IMG/VR virus record: IMGVR_UViG_3300020454_000016
Coordinates: 1 to 59,495 of that record
Direction: 5' to 3' (one strand)
DNA: 59,495 nucleotides
DNA from: a virus
Lineage: Duplodnaviria; Caudoviricetes
Shown here: piece by piece, positions 7,523-18,466 of the stretch
How the letters are laid out: every line of letters starts with the position of its first letter
Numbering within the stretch: position 1 is the stretch's first letter
Made by a program: the position numbers and the translations under genes
Notes under the pieces: model-generated
Told to the model about the DNA's origin: nothing
The model's database searches: none
What the model saw: only the letters and a program-made list of their open reading frames with translations

Positions 7523-9703
7523 ATGGCAGATAAAGATAATGAAATGATGTTTGAAACTGATGATGTCGCTGTAATCGACACCACAGGCGATCAATCTATC
7601 GAAGCTACTGATATAAATCAAGTTATAGCTTTTATTGAATCAAGATTTAAAAGAGCGGAAGATGCTAGATTAAATGACGAACAAAGATGGTTAAAAGCTT
7701 ATAAAAATTATAGAGGTGTATATGGTAGTGATGTTCAGTTTACTGAAACAGAAAAGTCTCGTGTTTTTGTAAAAGTAACTAAAACTAAAACATTAGCTGC
7801 ATATGGACAGATTATTGAGGTATTATTTGGTAACTCTAAATTTCCATTAAGTATCAATCCTACTATACTACCAGATGGTGTAGCTGAAGCTGTTCATTTA
7901 AATACAGATCCTAATGTTACATCTAGTATGGACACTATTAAAGAAACATTTGAAGAGAAAACTAATATACCTTATCTATTTGATTCTGAAGATACAAGAC
8001 TACAGCCAGGTGAAACTTTAGAAGATTTAGAAAAGAGATTGGGCCCGCTAGAAAAGAAACTAGAGCCTGTAGCTGAGAAAGTTGTAGAGGGTAGTGGTAA
8101 TACTCCTACAAGTGTTACATTTCATCCAGCAATGGTAGCTGCTAAAAAGATGGAAAAGAAAATATTTGATCAACTTGAGGAGTCAGGTGCAAATAAACAA
8201 CTAAGATCATTAGCTTTTGAAATGGCTTTATTTGGTACAGGCATTATGAAGGGCCCGCTTGCAAAAGATAAAGAGTATCCAAATTGGTCTGAAGAAGGTT
8301 CTTATGAGCCACTAGTAAAAACAGTACCTACAACTGAACATGTATCTATTTGGAACTTTTATCCTGATCCAGATGCGAATAGTATGGACGATGCTGAATA
8401 CATAGTTGAACGACATAAACTTTCTAGAACACAACTTAGGTCATTGAAGTCTCGTCCATATTTTGATGAAGATGCAATTGAGAATGCAATTGAGATGGGC
8501 GATTCCTACGCAAGAAAGTATTGGGAAGAAAGCATGGAAGATAATAGTGCTAACTATAGTCCTGATAGAATTGAAGTATTAGAGTTTTGGGGATACGTAG
8601 ATACAACTATATTAGAAGAAAATGGAATTACGATCCCTAAAGAATTAAAAGAGTTAGATCAAGTAAATGTAAATGCATGGATATGTAATAATCAAATACT
8701 AAGACTTGTGCTTAATCCATTTAAGCCTGTACGTATACCTTATTACTCTGTGCCATACGAACACAATCCTTATTCATTTTTTGGTATTGGCATTGCTGAG
8801 AATATGGATGATACGCAGACTTTAATGAATGGTTTTATGCGAATGGCAATTGATAATGCTGCATTGTCAGGTAATCTTATTATAGAAGTAGATGAAACCA
8901 ACTTAACACCAGGACAGGATTTGTCTGTATATCCAGGTAAAGTATTTAGAAGACAAGGCGGGGCACCTGGTCAAGCTATATTTGGTACGAAATTTCCAAA
9001 TGTTGCTGGTGAAAATATGCAACTGTTTGATAAAGCTAGGGTGCTTGCTGATGAAAGTTCAGGCTTTCCATCATTTGCTCATGGGCAGACAGGGATACAA
9101 GGTGTAGGTAGAACTGCATCAGGTATTAGTATGCTAATGTCAGCAGCTAATGGATCAATTAGAAGTGTTGTAAAAAATATTGATGACTTTTTAATTGCAC
9201 CATTAGGAAAAGCATTCTTTAGTTTTAATATGCAATTTGACTTTGATGAATCTATTAGAGGAGATCTTGAAGTTAAAGCACAAGGTACAGAAAGTCTTAT
9301 GGCTAATGAAGTACGTAGTCAAAGATTGATGCAATTCTTACAAGTTGCAAGTAATCCTGTACTAGCTCCATTTGCTAAGATGGATTATATTATACGTGAA
9401 ATAGCAAAGTCAATGGATTTAGATCCTGATAAAATTACAAATAACTTACAAGATGCAGCCATACAAGCAGATATATTAAAGAAATTTCAACAGGAGAACA
9501 TGCCACCATTACCTGAAGAGGGTGTGGCAGGTGCTACTCCTACTGATCCTACAGGGGTCGGTGGTGGTACAATAGGTACAGGACAAGCACCTACTCCGGG
9601 AGAACAAGGATTTTCAGGAAATGTACAAGGACAACAAGGAACACCACCTACAGAACCTCAAGGGGTTGGTCAACAACCGGGAGCAATGGGAACTGTTCAA
9701 TAA
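7523..9703 (+). CDS. Portal protein
   Basis: 726 aa after terL; FGTGIMK, WNFYPDP, FFGIGIAE and RTASG motifs typical of podoviral portals. Confidence 0.9.
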   Translation: MADKDNEMMFETDDVAVIDTTGDQSIEATDINQVIAFIESRFKRAEDARLNDEQRWLKAYKNYRGVYGSDVQFTETEKSRVFVKVTKTKTLAAYGQIIEVLFGNSKFPLSINPTILPDGVAEAVHLNTDPNVTSSMDTIKETFEEKTNIPYLFDSEDTRLQPGETLEDLEKRLGPLEKKLEPVAEKVVEGSGNTPTSVTFHPAMVAAKKMEKKIFDQLEESGANKQLRSLAFEMALFGTGIMKGPLAKDKEYPNWSEEGSYEPLVKTVPTTEHVSIWNFYPDPDANSMDDAEYIVERHKLSRTQLRSLKSRPYFDEDAIENAIEMGDSYARKYWEESMEDNSANYSPDRIEVLEFWGYVDTTILEENGITIPKELKELDQVNVNAWICNNQILRLVLNPFKPVRIPYYSVPYEHNPYSFFGIGIAENMDDTQTLMNGFMRMAIDNAALSGNLIIEVDETNLTPGQDLSVYPGKVFRRQGGAPGQAIFGTKFPNVAGENMQLFDKARVLADESSGFPSFAHGQTGIQGVGRTASGISMLMSAANGSIRSVVKNIDDFLIAPLGKAFFSFNMQFDFDESIRGDLEVKAQGTESLMANEVRSQRLMQFLQVASNPVLAPFAKMDYIIREIAKSMDLDPDKITNNLQDAAIQADILKKFQQENMPPLPEEGVAGATPTDPTGVGGGTIGTGQAPTPGEQGFSGNVQGQQGTPPTEPQGVGQQPGAMGTVQ

Positions 9704-9842
9704 TTATTTAGATTATTTAATTAGTAATCAACATAAAAATTTAGAGCAAGCTGATACAGACATTATTGTGTATAGAACGCAAGGTGCAATTTCATCTTTA
9801 AAAAGACTTAAACAGTTAAGGGAAGAAATATATGGGTCTTGA
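9621..9842 (+). CDS. Small hypothetical protein after the portal
   Basis: YRTQG...LKQLRE pattern; usual position after portal. Confidence 0.7.
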   Translation: MYKDNKEHHLQNLKGLVNNREQWELFNNYLDYLISNQHKNLEQADTDIIVYRTQGAISSLKRLKQLREEIYGS

Positions 9843-12504
9843 ATTAGTAAATACAAATTCACCATCAGGTATAATGGCGAAAAGAGATAGTGTTCAAGAT
9901 CTTCAAGATGAAGTTGTTGATAACACTATTATTGAAAAAGAACAACAGAAGAATTTGGATGCTCTTAATTATGAACAGAATATACCTAAATCTTTTACTG
10001 ATTATGCAGAAGAGCTAGATGCAAGTGAGCCTACTATTGCTACAGGTGTAGGGCAAGATCTTAAAAATAAAGAAAATGACTACAGAGATATAGCTAGAGT
10101 TAGAGGAGATATACCAGATAGAAAAGGAGCATTTGTAAATCCAAACGTAAGAATGGAACAAGTAAAAGAACGTATAGATGATGTAAAAGATCCAAAAGAA
10201 CAAGCACAAGATTTTGGTTATTTTAAAGATAATACAATAGAAAATTTAAACAACATTGCACTTAAAAAATATGGTGAAGAAAAAAACAAATATAGAATAG
10301 CACTTTATGATCAATTTATAGCACTCAATATGAGTCCTCATCTTGCGTGGCAAATGGTTACACAAAAAGAGAATTGGACACCAGGTGTAGGTGAAGCTCT
10401 AATGGCGGAAGATGCTAGACTTTCTTTTCAACAAGGAACAAAAGAAGGTGTCATAGCTGGACTTGTGCTATCAGGGGGTGTTGCATTAGGAACTGTTCCT
10501 GTTTTCGGAGATATAACTGCAAAAGCATTAAAGATGATTTCAAAAAGAATACAAAGAGGTGGTGTTGATGTAAAAGAAGCTAAACGTCTATTAAAAACTA
10601 TACCTTTTCATAAACTAGATAAAAAACATAGAATGGCATTAAGAGGTGAATTGGAAGATGTTATTATTTTTCATGGCTCACAAAGACAAGGAATTAGAAA
10701 ATTTGATATGAGTGCAGTAGGAAAATCTCCAAAAAAAGGGGGTACAGGACAAGGTGCTAATACTTTTGGGTTTGGATTATATTTTACAGACCTTATGGAT
10801 ATTGCAAATATATATAGAAAAATAGCTACAAGTGGTAGAAGATCAGCAGAATTTAAAAAAATGAAACTTGAAAATATTGGTGTTGATAATGATTTTAACT
10901 CAGTTGTTCAAAAAGTAGGAAGAGGAACAATATATAACACTAATTTAAAATTACATCCTTCAGAAGTTTTAAATTTTGAAGACTTTATGTTTGAACAAGG
11001 TGCTAATAAATTAAAACTAGTAAATAGAGAATTTGGAAATGTTGTTGATAGTTTACCATCTCTTGATAGTGGAGCATGGACGACTACAACTGATTTTAAA
11101 CCTCACGTTGTTAATCCAGGACAAAATAGTGCTTTTATAGATTCAGTAGGGCAGACAGATTTTGTTCAAAAACAGCATTATGATGATGGAATAAAAAATT
11201 TAGATTTTAAAAACAGTTTAATAACTTACAATTTTAATCCATTTAAAAATGAAATAGCTAATAACATAGATCAATTTAAGTTTTTATGGGAACAGCCACA
11301 AGACAGAATGTTTTGGAAAAGTTCATTTAATCATTATATTGAGAAATTAGTCTATACTATACCCGGAGAAGAACGACTTGTTGATAAATTATTTGAAGCA
11401 GGTATGCCAGATGAAATAGGGCAAGATTTATATGCTTGGTCTAAAGATTTATTAAATCCACAAGAAGCAGAACAACTTTATAAATCAATAATACCTTACA
11501 TTCCTAAAAATGATTTAGAAAAACTTATAGCCAATTTGCAGACTGATTGGGGGCAATATATTTCAGGTATTAAATCTATGGATCAATCTCCATTAATAAC
11601 AGGTAGAGGTAGAAGTCCTGAAGTTATGCAAGAGATTGATACAACTATACAAAGAATACGTAATTTAGATAATGCAAAATCATTTTTAAATACTTTAGAA
11701 GAAAAATATCCTGTAGGTATTAAAATTGCTCCTTCAATAAAAATAAATAGATCATTAAATCTAGGATATGATCCAAATTTAGTAAAAGGAACGATAATAA
11801 GTACTACTGAAGAAATAGAAGGCTATCGTCTTGATATGTTTTTTAATCAATTAAGAAAAAAAGATATTAATGATGATGGAATGTGGCACAATTCAGGAAA
11901 TTATAATAACAGTTCTGAAGGAAGTCCGAGTACACTTGTTAGAGTTTTTCCAGAATTACAACAAACTTTTAAAACAATAGAAGAAGCACAGCAAGTAGCG
12001 GGAATGATTTTAAACAAGATTAAAAATGGTGAAGTTAAAGGTGGCGATTTTAATGGTTATGTACAAGCTAAATATAACTTTTCTAAACCACAAGTTGCTG
12101 AATACTTGTCGGAAGAGGGTATACATGCAATGAAGTTTTTATCAGAGAAGAGTAGACCAGGAAAAAAGTATGCTTCCCTTGATCCAATATATAATTATGT
12201 TGTATGGAATGATGAATTAATTGAGAGTTCAAATATGTCAGATTCTATATTGGGTACATTTAAAAATCCAGATTTTAAAGAACATAAAATTCATAGAGGA
12301 TATATGGATATAGATGAACAAGAACTTTTCAAACCTAATTGGGAAAAGAAATTAGATTGGAGACTGTTAGAAGCTAAAGCAAAGTTATTAAATGTAAAAG
12401 AAAAAATAGGAAACTATAGAAAAAAGATATTAGGCTTTAACAAAGGGGGTCTTGTTGACGCTGATCGTGACACAATAGGTGTAAATTTTATAATGGGAAT
12501 ATAA
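9832..12504 (+). CDS. Large virion-associated protein with split ADP-ribosyltransferase-like (ART-PolyVal) domain
   Basis: FHGS...GTGQGANTFGFGLYFT and distal GIHAMK...NYVVWN; located between portal and scaffold. Confidence 0.65.
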   Translation: MGLELVNTNSPSGIMAKRDSVQDLQDEVVDNTIIEKEQQKNLDALNYEQNIPKSFTDYAEELDASEPTIATGVGQDLKNKENDYRDIARVRGDIPDRKGAFVNPNVRMEQVKERIDDVKDPKEQAQDFGYFKDNTIENLNNIALKKYGEEKNKYRIALYDQFIALNMSPHLAWQMVTQKENWTPGVGEALMAEDARLSFQQGTKEGVIAGLVLSGGVALGTVPVFGDITAKALKMISKRIQRGGVDVKEAKRLLKTIPFHKLDKKHRMALRGELEDVIIFHGSQRQGIRKFDMSAVGKSPKKGGTGQGANTFGFGLYFTDLMDIANIYRKIATSGRRSAEFKKMKLENIGVDNDFNSVVQKVGRGTIYNTNLKLHPSEVLNFEDFMFEQGANKLKLVNREFGNVVDSLPSLDSGAWTTTTDFKPHVVNPGQNSAFIDSVGQTDFVQKQHYDDGIKNLDFKNSLITYNFNPFKNEIANNIDQFKFLWEQPQDRMFWKSSFNHYIEKLVYTIPGEERLVDKLFEAGMPDEIGQDLYAWSKDLLNPQEAEQLYKSIIPYIPKNDLEKLIANLQTDWGQYISGIKSMDQSPLITGRGRSPEVMQEIDTTIQRIRNLDNAKSFLNTLEEKYPVGIKIAPSIKINRSLNLGYDPNLVKGTIISTTEEIEGYRLDMFFNQLRKKDINDDGMWHNSGNYNNSSEGSPSTLVRVFPELQQTFKTIEEAQQVAGMILNKIKNGEVKGGDFNGYVQAKYNFSKPQVAEYLSEEGIHAMKFLSEKSRPGKKYASLDPIYNYVVWNDELIESSNMSDSILGTFKNPDFKEHKIHRGYMDIDEQELFKPNWEKKLDWRLLEAKAKLLNVKEKIGNYRKKILGFNKGGLVDADRDTIGVNFIMGI

Positions 12505-12505
12505 C

Positions 12506-14335
12506 ATGGCTAAAGATACTCAAGATCAACAAATGGAATTAATGCTACAAGAGGGTGGCATGAAAGACGATGGTATGAATCGTGATCCTGTTAGTGGAAA
12601 TGATGTTCCACCAGGTTCTTTAGCTAGTGAAGTTAGAGATGATATACCAGCTCAATTAAGTGAAGGTGAGTATGTTATTCCAGCAGATGTTGTTCAATTT
12701 TTTGGATTAAAGTTTTTTGAAGATCTTATTGGAAAAGCAAAACGTGGTCTAGAGGACATGAACAATAGAGGAAGAATAGGTGGGCAACCTGTTCCTGATA
12801 CACAACAAGCATCTATGCCCATGCAACAAGCTCCTGAAGGTTTTCCATTTAACTTAGAAGAATTACAAACTACAGAACCCATGCAAGCAAACAAAGGTGG
12901 TTTAGTTAGAGGATTTGCACCAGGTGGAGCAACAGGAATATCTGGACAAGTGGTTACTCCTACTTTAGATAATACTGCTAGTGAAAAGTATTTTGGAAGC
13001 TCTGTAGCAGGAGCTAGATTAATAAGATTTGTTGCTGATGGATGTAAACAAAAAACTGTGCTTGCTCAAGCAGATAGAGTTCCTATTGCAAGCGGAGCAT
13101 ATGAAGGTGGTTATGTTGATATTACTAGTGATGCAGGTTTAGACTTAGTATCTAAATGTAATGAAATTAATTTAAATAATGCAGAAGAACAAAATGTAAT
13201 AGATAGAATAGGACAAGATGAGTATACAAATTGGAAAAATGGACAAACTAGAACAGGGGATGATGAACCTCAAGAAGAACAACAGCCTAGTACACCATCG
13301 GGTGATGATGATGGTGGTAAAGAAGTTGATCCAAAAGACTTTATTCAGAACTATGATATAATGCAATTGCAAGCATATGCTGATGACATTTCTGATTACT
13401 ATGGTGATACAGGAGAGGAAGATTCATTTTTTCAAAGATTAATAAAAGGAGTTACTAATCCAATTGTAAAATTAAATCATAAACATATTGTTGCAAGATC
13501 GTCAGAGATATTAATGAATGGTGGATATACAGATGCCAAAACAGGAGAATTTAGGCAAGTAAATACAGATAGAGATGAAAATGGAAATTATATAAATCCA
13601 GAAGCAATAGCTTTAAGTAGTATTTTAAGAGCTAATCCTGGTGGTATGAAAGAAGGTGAAAGATATAAAATTGGTGGAGTAATTTATGAGTACAAAGGTG
13701 GAAAGCATGTAATCTATGATCCTAAAAAGAAAATTACACCTACAATTACAAATAAAGGAGCTATAAGACCATCAGATGCGTCTGGTGATCCTTCTGAAGA
13801 AGGGGGAACAGGGGCTGGTGATTACATAGATTTATCATTTAATACATTAGACAATACATACAATATATCAAATCCAGGATTTATGACAGCATCTCTTGAT
13901 CCTACACAAGATCTTAAATCACAATACGATAATTATGTATTAGATAGTCAAGCAGGCACTACAGACATGACTACAAGAGCAGAGATGGAAAGAGGAACGC
14001 AAGGTAAAAGATCAGGTGGCGATGAACCTACAGGTGATTCAGGAAGTTATTTAGCAGATAATTTTGGTAGAGATAGAGATGATGACGATGATGATAATTT
14101 TCCTAGCACACCACCACCTTCATATGCTTCAGGAATAATGAATGAAAAAGATGATGGTGCATCTTTAGAAGTAGAAAAAAATCAATACAATGAAGCTGAA
14201 GCTAGTCTTTCAGATGCATATGGTGGTGGACAAGCTGCTGAGAAATTTAAGATGTTTAGTGAAGGTGGAATGCCTACTAAGAAAACAATAGTTAAAAAAA
14301 GAGCTAAAAGAAAAACAGCCACAAAGAAGAAGTAA
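12506..14335 (+). CDS. Virion or ejection protein with DDIPAQLSEGEYV N-terminal domain and acidic low-complexity body
   Basis: Motif, position and basic C-terminal tail. Confidence 0.7.
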   Translation: MAKDTQDQQMELMLQEGGMKDDGMNRDPVSGNDVPPGSLASEVRDDIPAQLSEGEYVIPADVVQFFGLKFFEDLIGKAKRGLEDMNNRGRIGGQPVPDTQQASMPMQQAPEGFPFNLEELQTTEPMQANKGGLVRGFAPGGATGISGQVVTPTLDNTASEKYFGSSVAGARLIRFVADGCKQKTVLAQADRVPIASGAYEGGYVDITSDAGLDLVSKCNEINLNNAEEQNVIDRIGQDEYTNWKNGQTRTGDDEPQEEQQPSTPSGDDDGGKEVDPKDFIQNYDIMQLQAYADDISDYYGDTGEEDSFFQRLIKGVTNPIVKLNHKHIVARSSEILMNGGYTDAKTGEFRQVNTDRDENGNYINPEAIALSSILRANPGGMKEGERYKIGGVIYEYKGGKHVIYDPKKKITPTITNKGAIRPSDASGDPSEEGGTGAGDYIDLSFNTLDNTYNISNPGFMTASLDPTQDLKSQYDNYVLDSQAGTTDMTTRAEMERGTQGKRSGGDEPTGDSGSYLADNFGRDRDDDDDDNFPSTPPPSYASGIMNEKDDGASLEVEKNQYNEAEASLSDAYGGGQAAEKFKMFSEGGMPTKKTIVKKRAKRKTATKKK

Positions 14336-14378
14336 CCAATATAGCTACTCTAATATATAGACCCTATAGGAGGAAATA

Positions 14379-15275
14379 ATGCCAGAATTAGCAGAAGTAG
14401 AAAAACCAAAAGTTGCAGGATATGTAAATCCTAGACCAAAAAATAAAAACAAGGAAAGGATTGAAGAAGCTGAAAAAGAATTGGAACAACTGTCTTCTCA
14501 AGCACAAGGAGATGGGATTTCAGAAACAACTGAAAAGGTCACGAGTTCAGAAGTTCCTGAAATTGACAGCAAAGATGAGAACCTTAGTAAAGAGGAACAG
14601 ACATTTAAAAAACGATATGGAGATCTACGAAGACATCTAGCTGACAAAGAGAAAAGTTGGACAGATAGAATCGAAAAACTTGAAAAACAATTAGATCTAG
14701 CAACTAAGAATGAATTAGTCTTACCTAAATCAGAAAATGAAATTGATGCATGGGCAAAAAAATATCCTGATGTTGCAGGTATTGTTGAAACTATTGCAAG
14801 CAAGAAAGCAAAAGAAGCATCACAAGATTTAGATAAAAGAGTCAAAGAGATAGAAGGAATGAGAGAATCAGCTAGAGTCGAAAAAGCAGAAGCTGAATTA
14901 CTAGCACTTCATCCTGACTTTGAAGAGATTAGAGAAAAAGATGAATTTCACGATTGGGCAGAAAATCAACCTAAGTGGATTCAAGATGCTCTATACGAAA
15001 ATTCAACAGATGCAAAAGCAGCATCTAGAGTAATTGATTTGTATAAAGCAGATAAAGGAATATCAACAAAATCAAATGTTGATTTGTCAGCAGCTAAGGC
15101 TGTTACACCAAGAAGAGGAAGATCGACACCTCAAGCCGATGCAACTGCATCCTACCTTAAAGAGTCGGTAGTAAACAAAATGTCTACACAAGAGTATGAA
15201 AAGAACCAAGATAAAATCATGGAAGCTATTCGTACAGGAAAGTTTGTGTATGACATATCAGGTGGTGCAAGATAA
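14379..15275 (+). CDS. Capsid scaffolding protein (putative)
   Basis: Charged and helical, FKKRYGDLRRH and HPDF motifs, directly before the MCP. Confidence 0.8.
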   Translation: MPELAEVEKPKVAGYVNPRPKNKNKERIEEAEKELEQLSSQAQGDGISETTEKVTSSEVPEIDSKDENLSKEEQTFKKRYGDLRRHLADKEKSWTDRIEKLEKQLDLATKNELVLPKSENEIDAWAKKYPDVAGIVETIASKKAKEASQDLDKRVKEIEGMRESARVEKAEAELLALHPDFEEIREKDEFHDWAENQPKWIQDALYENSTDAKAASRVIDLYKADKGISTKSNVDLSAAKAVTPRRGRSTPQADATASYLKESVVNKMSTQEYEKNQDKIMEAIRTGKFVYDISGGAR

Positions 15276-15397
15276 CCACTTAATAGTAATACAAAAGCGA
15301 ACCACTCATACAATTAAGCCAATACATGTATTCACCTTAAAAGTATGACCTCTCTTTGAGTGTTAGTATTCTAGAGCCAAATATAAGGAGATGTGAT

Positions 15398-16468
15398 ATG
15401 GCTTTTCCAAAAGAAGCTGGTCATGGTAACTTACCTAATGGTAACTTTTCCAGCATTATTTACTCCAAACAAGTACAGCTTGCGTTTCGTAAGTCTACTG
15501 TAGTTGGAGATATCACTAATTCTGATTATTTCGGGGAAATTGCTAATCAAGGGGATACAGTAAAGATTATCAAAGAACCAGAAATTTCGGTTAGTGAATA
15601 TAAGCGTGGCACACAAGTGTCAGCACAAGACTTAGACGATGAGGACTTCAGCCTTGTTATCGACAAAGCAAACTACTATGCTTTCAAGATGGATGATATT
15701 GAAGAAGCTCATAGTCATGTAAACTTTATGCAACTTGCAACAGACAGAGCTGCATATAGATTATCTGATAACTATGACCAAGAAGTATTGGCATATTTGT
15801 CAGGGTATTCTCAGCCATCCAAACATGCTGTTGGTAATGCTGTAAATACAAATGTTAATGGCACAAAGGCTGTTTCAACTGCAGGTTCAGATGAACTTCT
15901 TACTTCTATGAAGTTAAGAAAAGATTCATTTAGTGCAATCACCACAGGTGGTGCAGCTGATCATTCTATTCCATTAGCAAATGTCTTGCCAGGTCAAGCA
16001 AGTGCAATTACCACAACTGTGACACCTATGCAAGTCATTAATAGAATGTCAAGGGTCTTGAATCAACAACAAGTTGATAGTCAAGGTCGTTGGCTAGTCG
16101 TTGATCCAATTTTTATGGAGCTACTACAGGATGAAAATTCAAAGCTAATTAATGCTGATTATTCTGAAGCAGGTCTTAAAAATGGACTTACTATAAGCAA
16201 TCTAGGTGGATTCAGAGTACACGTTTCAAGCAACTTACCAGCAAAAGGTACAGGAGCAGGTACATCGGGTACAGGAAACCAAGACAACCATTATGGTGTG
16301 ATTGTTGCAGGACATGATTCTGCTGTTGCTACTGCTGAACAAATCAGCAAAACAGAAACTTATCGTGATCCTGACTCATTTGCAGACATTGTAAGAGGTA
16401 TGCACCTCTACGGCCGTAAGATATTACGTCCTGAAGCAATTGTTACTGCTAAATACAACGTAGCGTAA
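15398..16468 (+). CDS. Major capsid protein
   Basis: AAGGAG SD and ATG 15398; GEIANQGDTVKI, DDIE and RGMHLYG patterns; follows the scaffold. Confidence 0.92.
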   Translation: MAFPKEAGHGNLPNGNFSSIIYSKQVQLAFRKSTVVGDITNSDYFGEIANQGDTVKIIKEPEISVSEYKRGTQVSAQDLDDEDFSLVIDKANYYAFKMDDIEEAHSHVNFMQLATDRAAYRLSDNYDQEVLAYLSGYSQPSKHAVGNAVNTNVNGTKAVSTAGSDELLTSMKLRKDSFSAITTGGAADHSIPLANVLPGQASAITTTVTPMQVINRMSRVLNQQQVDSQGRWLVVDPIFMELLQDENSKLINADYSEAGLKNGLTISNLGGFRVHVSSNLPAKGTGAGTSGTGNQDNHYGVIVAGHDSAVATAEQISKTETYRDPDSFADIVRGMHLYGRKILRPEAIVTAKYNVA

Positions 16469-16479
16469 GGGGGTAGATC

Positions 16480-16983
16480 ATGGCTAATTTAGCAACCGCA
16501 GATCATGCTGCACAAGGCAACTCTGCAAGGGGTCGTTCTCCTTATTTAGTGCAAAATACTATCGACATTGCTGCTGCAATTGTTCTTAAAGGTAGTGACT
16601 TTGCCGCTAACGATACGATGGAAGTGCTTAATATTCCTGCGGGAACTGCTATTCTTTCTGCAGGCATGGAAATCATGGAACAACTTGATGGTACTTGTAC
16701 TCTTGATATGGGATTTACAGGTGGATCACCCGGTGCTGTAGACCTTTATGTTGATGGTCTTGATGTTGTTGGTGGTTCAGTAGGTGCTTTCGGAACAACG
16801 CCAGCCACAGAAGCTGCGCAAGTTCAGATAATATCTACAGCCGATACAATTGATGTTAAGTTTGCAACTGAAACTGATGTTACATCAGGCAAACTCCGTT
16901 TTTGGGCTATCCTTATGGATGTATCAGACATGGGCGAACATGACATGATTGCTGATGAAGTTGATCGAGACTTGTTAGCATAA
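16480..16983 (+). CDS. Minor capsid or decoration protein (putative)
   Basis: Between the MCP and a terminator; beta-rich. Confidence 0.65.
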   Translation: MANLATADHAAQGNSARGRSPYLVQNTIDIAAAIVLKGSDFAANDTMEVLNIPAGTAILSAGMEIMEQLDGTCTLDMGFTGGSPGAVDLYVDGLDVVGGSVGAFGTTPATEAAQVQIISTADTIDVKFATETDVTSGKLRFWAILMDVSDMGEHDMIADEVDRDLLA

Positions 16984-16990
16984 TGCACTT

Positions 16991-17023
16991 GAGAGGGGGC
17001 GAGGAAACTTGCCCTCTTTCTTT
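16991..17023 (+). terminator. Intrinsic terminator after the capsid genes
   Basis: GAGAGGGGGCGAG-GAAA-CTTGCCCTCTTTC-TTT. Confidence 0.8.
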
Positions 17024-17042
17024 AAATTAACAGGAGATTAGA

Positions 17043-17489
17043 ATGGGAATTACAACTGCACTATGTAATACTTTTAAACAAGAGTTATTGCAAGGCTTAC
17101 ATGCATTTGGAACTGATACATTTAAACTAGCCTTAATAAAGTCTGGTGAATCTGGTACGTATGGACCAGCTACTACAAACTATTCTGATGTCACAGGTAA
17201 TAGTGATGAGATAGGAGATACAGGTAGTTATTCAGCAGGTGGTTCACCACTAGCAAATGTTGCAGTAACAGGTGGATCAGGTGCATCAACCGCCTTTGTT
17301 GATTTTGATAATGTACAATTTACAAGTGCTACTATAGACGCAAATGGAGCAATTATTTATAATTCATCTGACAGTAATAAAGCTGTTGCAATTATAGATT
17401 TTGGTTCAACGCAATCATCAGATGCAGGTACATTTACAGTTACTATGCCAGCACCAGGAACAGGTACAGCTATTATAAGGATTGCTTAA
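17043..17489 (+). CDS. Virion structural protein
   Basis: FKQELL...DTFKLAL...GAIIYN...DFG pattern common in marine phage structural genes. Confidence 0.75.
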   Translation: MGITTALCNTFKQELLQGLHAFGTDTFKLALIKSGESGTYGPATTNYSDVTGNSDEIGDTGSYSAGGSPLANVAVTGGSGASTAFVDFDNVQFTSATIDANGAIIYNSSDSNKAVAIIDFGSTQSSDAGTFTVTMPAPGTGTAIIRIA

Positions 17490-18151
17490 TGGGTTTAGCT
17501 TTTGCAAATAGAGTAAAAGTTAATATTACTTCTACAGGAACAACAAATCCACTTGTATTAGGAACTGCTTTTACAGGCTTTCAAACTTTTGCTGAAGCAG
17601 GCATTACAGATGGACAGAAGGTAAAGTATGTTATTGAAGATGGTGCTAACTTTGAAATAGGCACAGGACAATATACTGCTAGTGGAACTACTTTATCAAG
17701 AGTAGTAGAGCAAAGTAAAGAGAGTAATAGCGTAGGAACAAGTATAATTACTATGTCTGCTGATGCTACATTGTCAGTAACAGCAACAGGTAGCAACATA
17801 GAAAATGCTATTGTTAAGAACATAGTATTAAATCAATTTGAGAGTTTAGAAACCTTTACAGGTACAGATAGGTGGTATGCACCTAAAAATTTAAATATAC
17901 AAAAAATTACTGCACGATTAGGAACTGTTGCAGATGGTACAGTAACAGTAGCAGTACGGGCAAGGGATGTAACAGCAAGCTCAACAGCAACCACAACAAT
18001 TAATATTTCTGCAGGTCAATCAAAAACAACATCAAATGTATCTATAGATTTAGATGTTGATGATTTTTTAACTGTGGATATTACTGCGGTAGGTTCAGCT
18101 TCAGCACCTGGATCAAATCTAAATGTAATCTTTGAGTATACGGAGGATTAA
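17489..18151 (+). CDS. Virion structural protein (fibre-like)
   Basis: ANRVK...FEIGTG...TLSR N-domain plus a beta-rich C-domain. Confidence 0.7.
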   Translation: MGLAFANRVKVNITSTGTTNPLVLGTAFTGFQTFAEAGITDGQKVKYVIEDGANFEIGTGQYTASGTTLSRVVEQSKESNSVGTSIITMSADATLSVTATGSNIENAIVKNIVLNQFESLETFTGTDRWYAPKNLNIQKITARLGTVADGTVTVAVRARDVTASSTATTTINISAGQSKTTSNVSIDLDVDDFLTVDITAVGSASAPGSNLNVIFEYTED

Positions 18152-18466
18152 ATGGCACTTACAGAAGAAGAACAAAATACCATAAAACTACATTTTAAAA
18201 CTGAAAAAAATACTGTTAAAGTATATGAAATAGTAAAAAATTCAGATGTTGATGATTTAAAAGAAATAACTGAAATACCTATTGAAAAGTATTTTCCTGT
18301 TGTTCATAAAGATAAACCTGATAATGCTATAACTTGGGCATCTTTAGAATACTTACCAAAAAGCAATAAGTTATTAGTTGTATTTACATTATTAGATAAA
18401 GAAGAAAGTGTATTTTTAGTTGATCCTAATAAGCACGTAACAGATGTAACTCCGGGAGATTGGTAA
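18152..18466 (+). CDS. Hypothetical protein
   Basis: ORF with GGAGG SD, coupled to neighbours. Confidence 0.7.
   Translation: MALTEEEQNTIKLHFKTEKNTVKVYEIVKNSDVDDLKEITEIPIEKYFPVVHKDKPDNAITWASLEYLPKSNKLLVVFTLLDKEESVFLVDPNKHVTDVTPGDW

Noticed and set aside
16440-16480. T7-style programmed frameshift extending the major capsid protein
   Set aside because: No slippery heptamer before the stop, and the next gene has its own SD and ATG.
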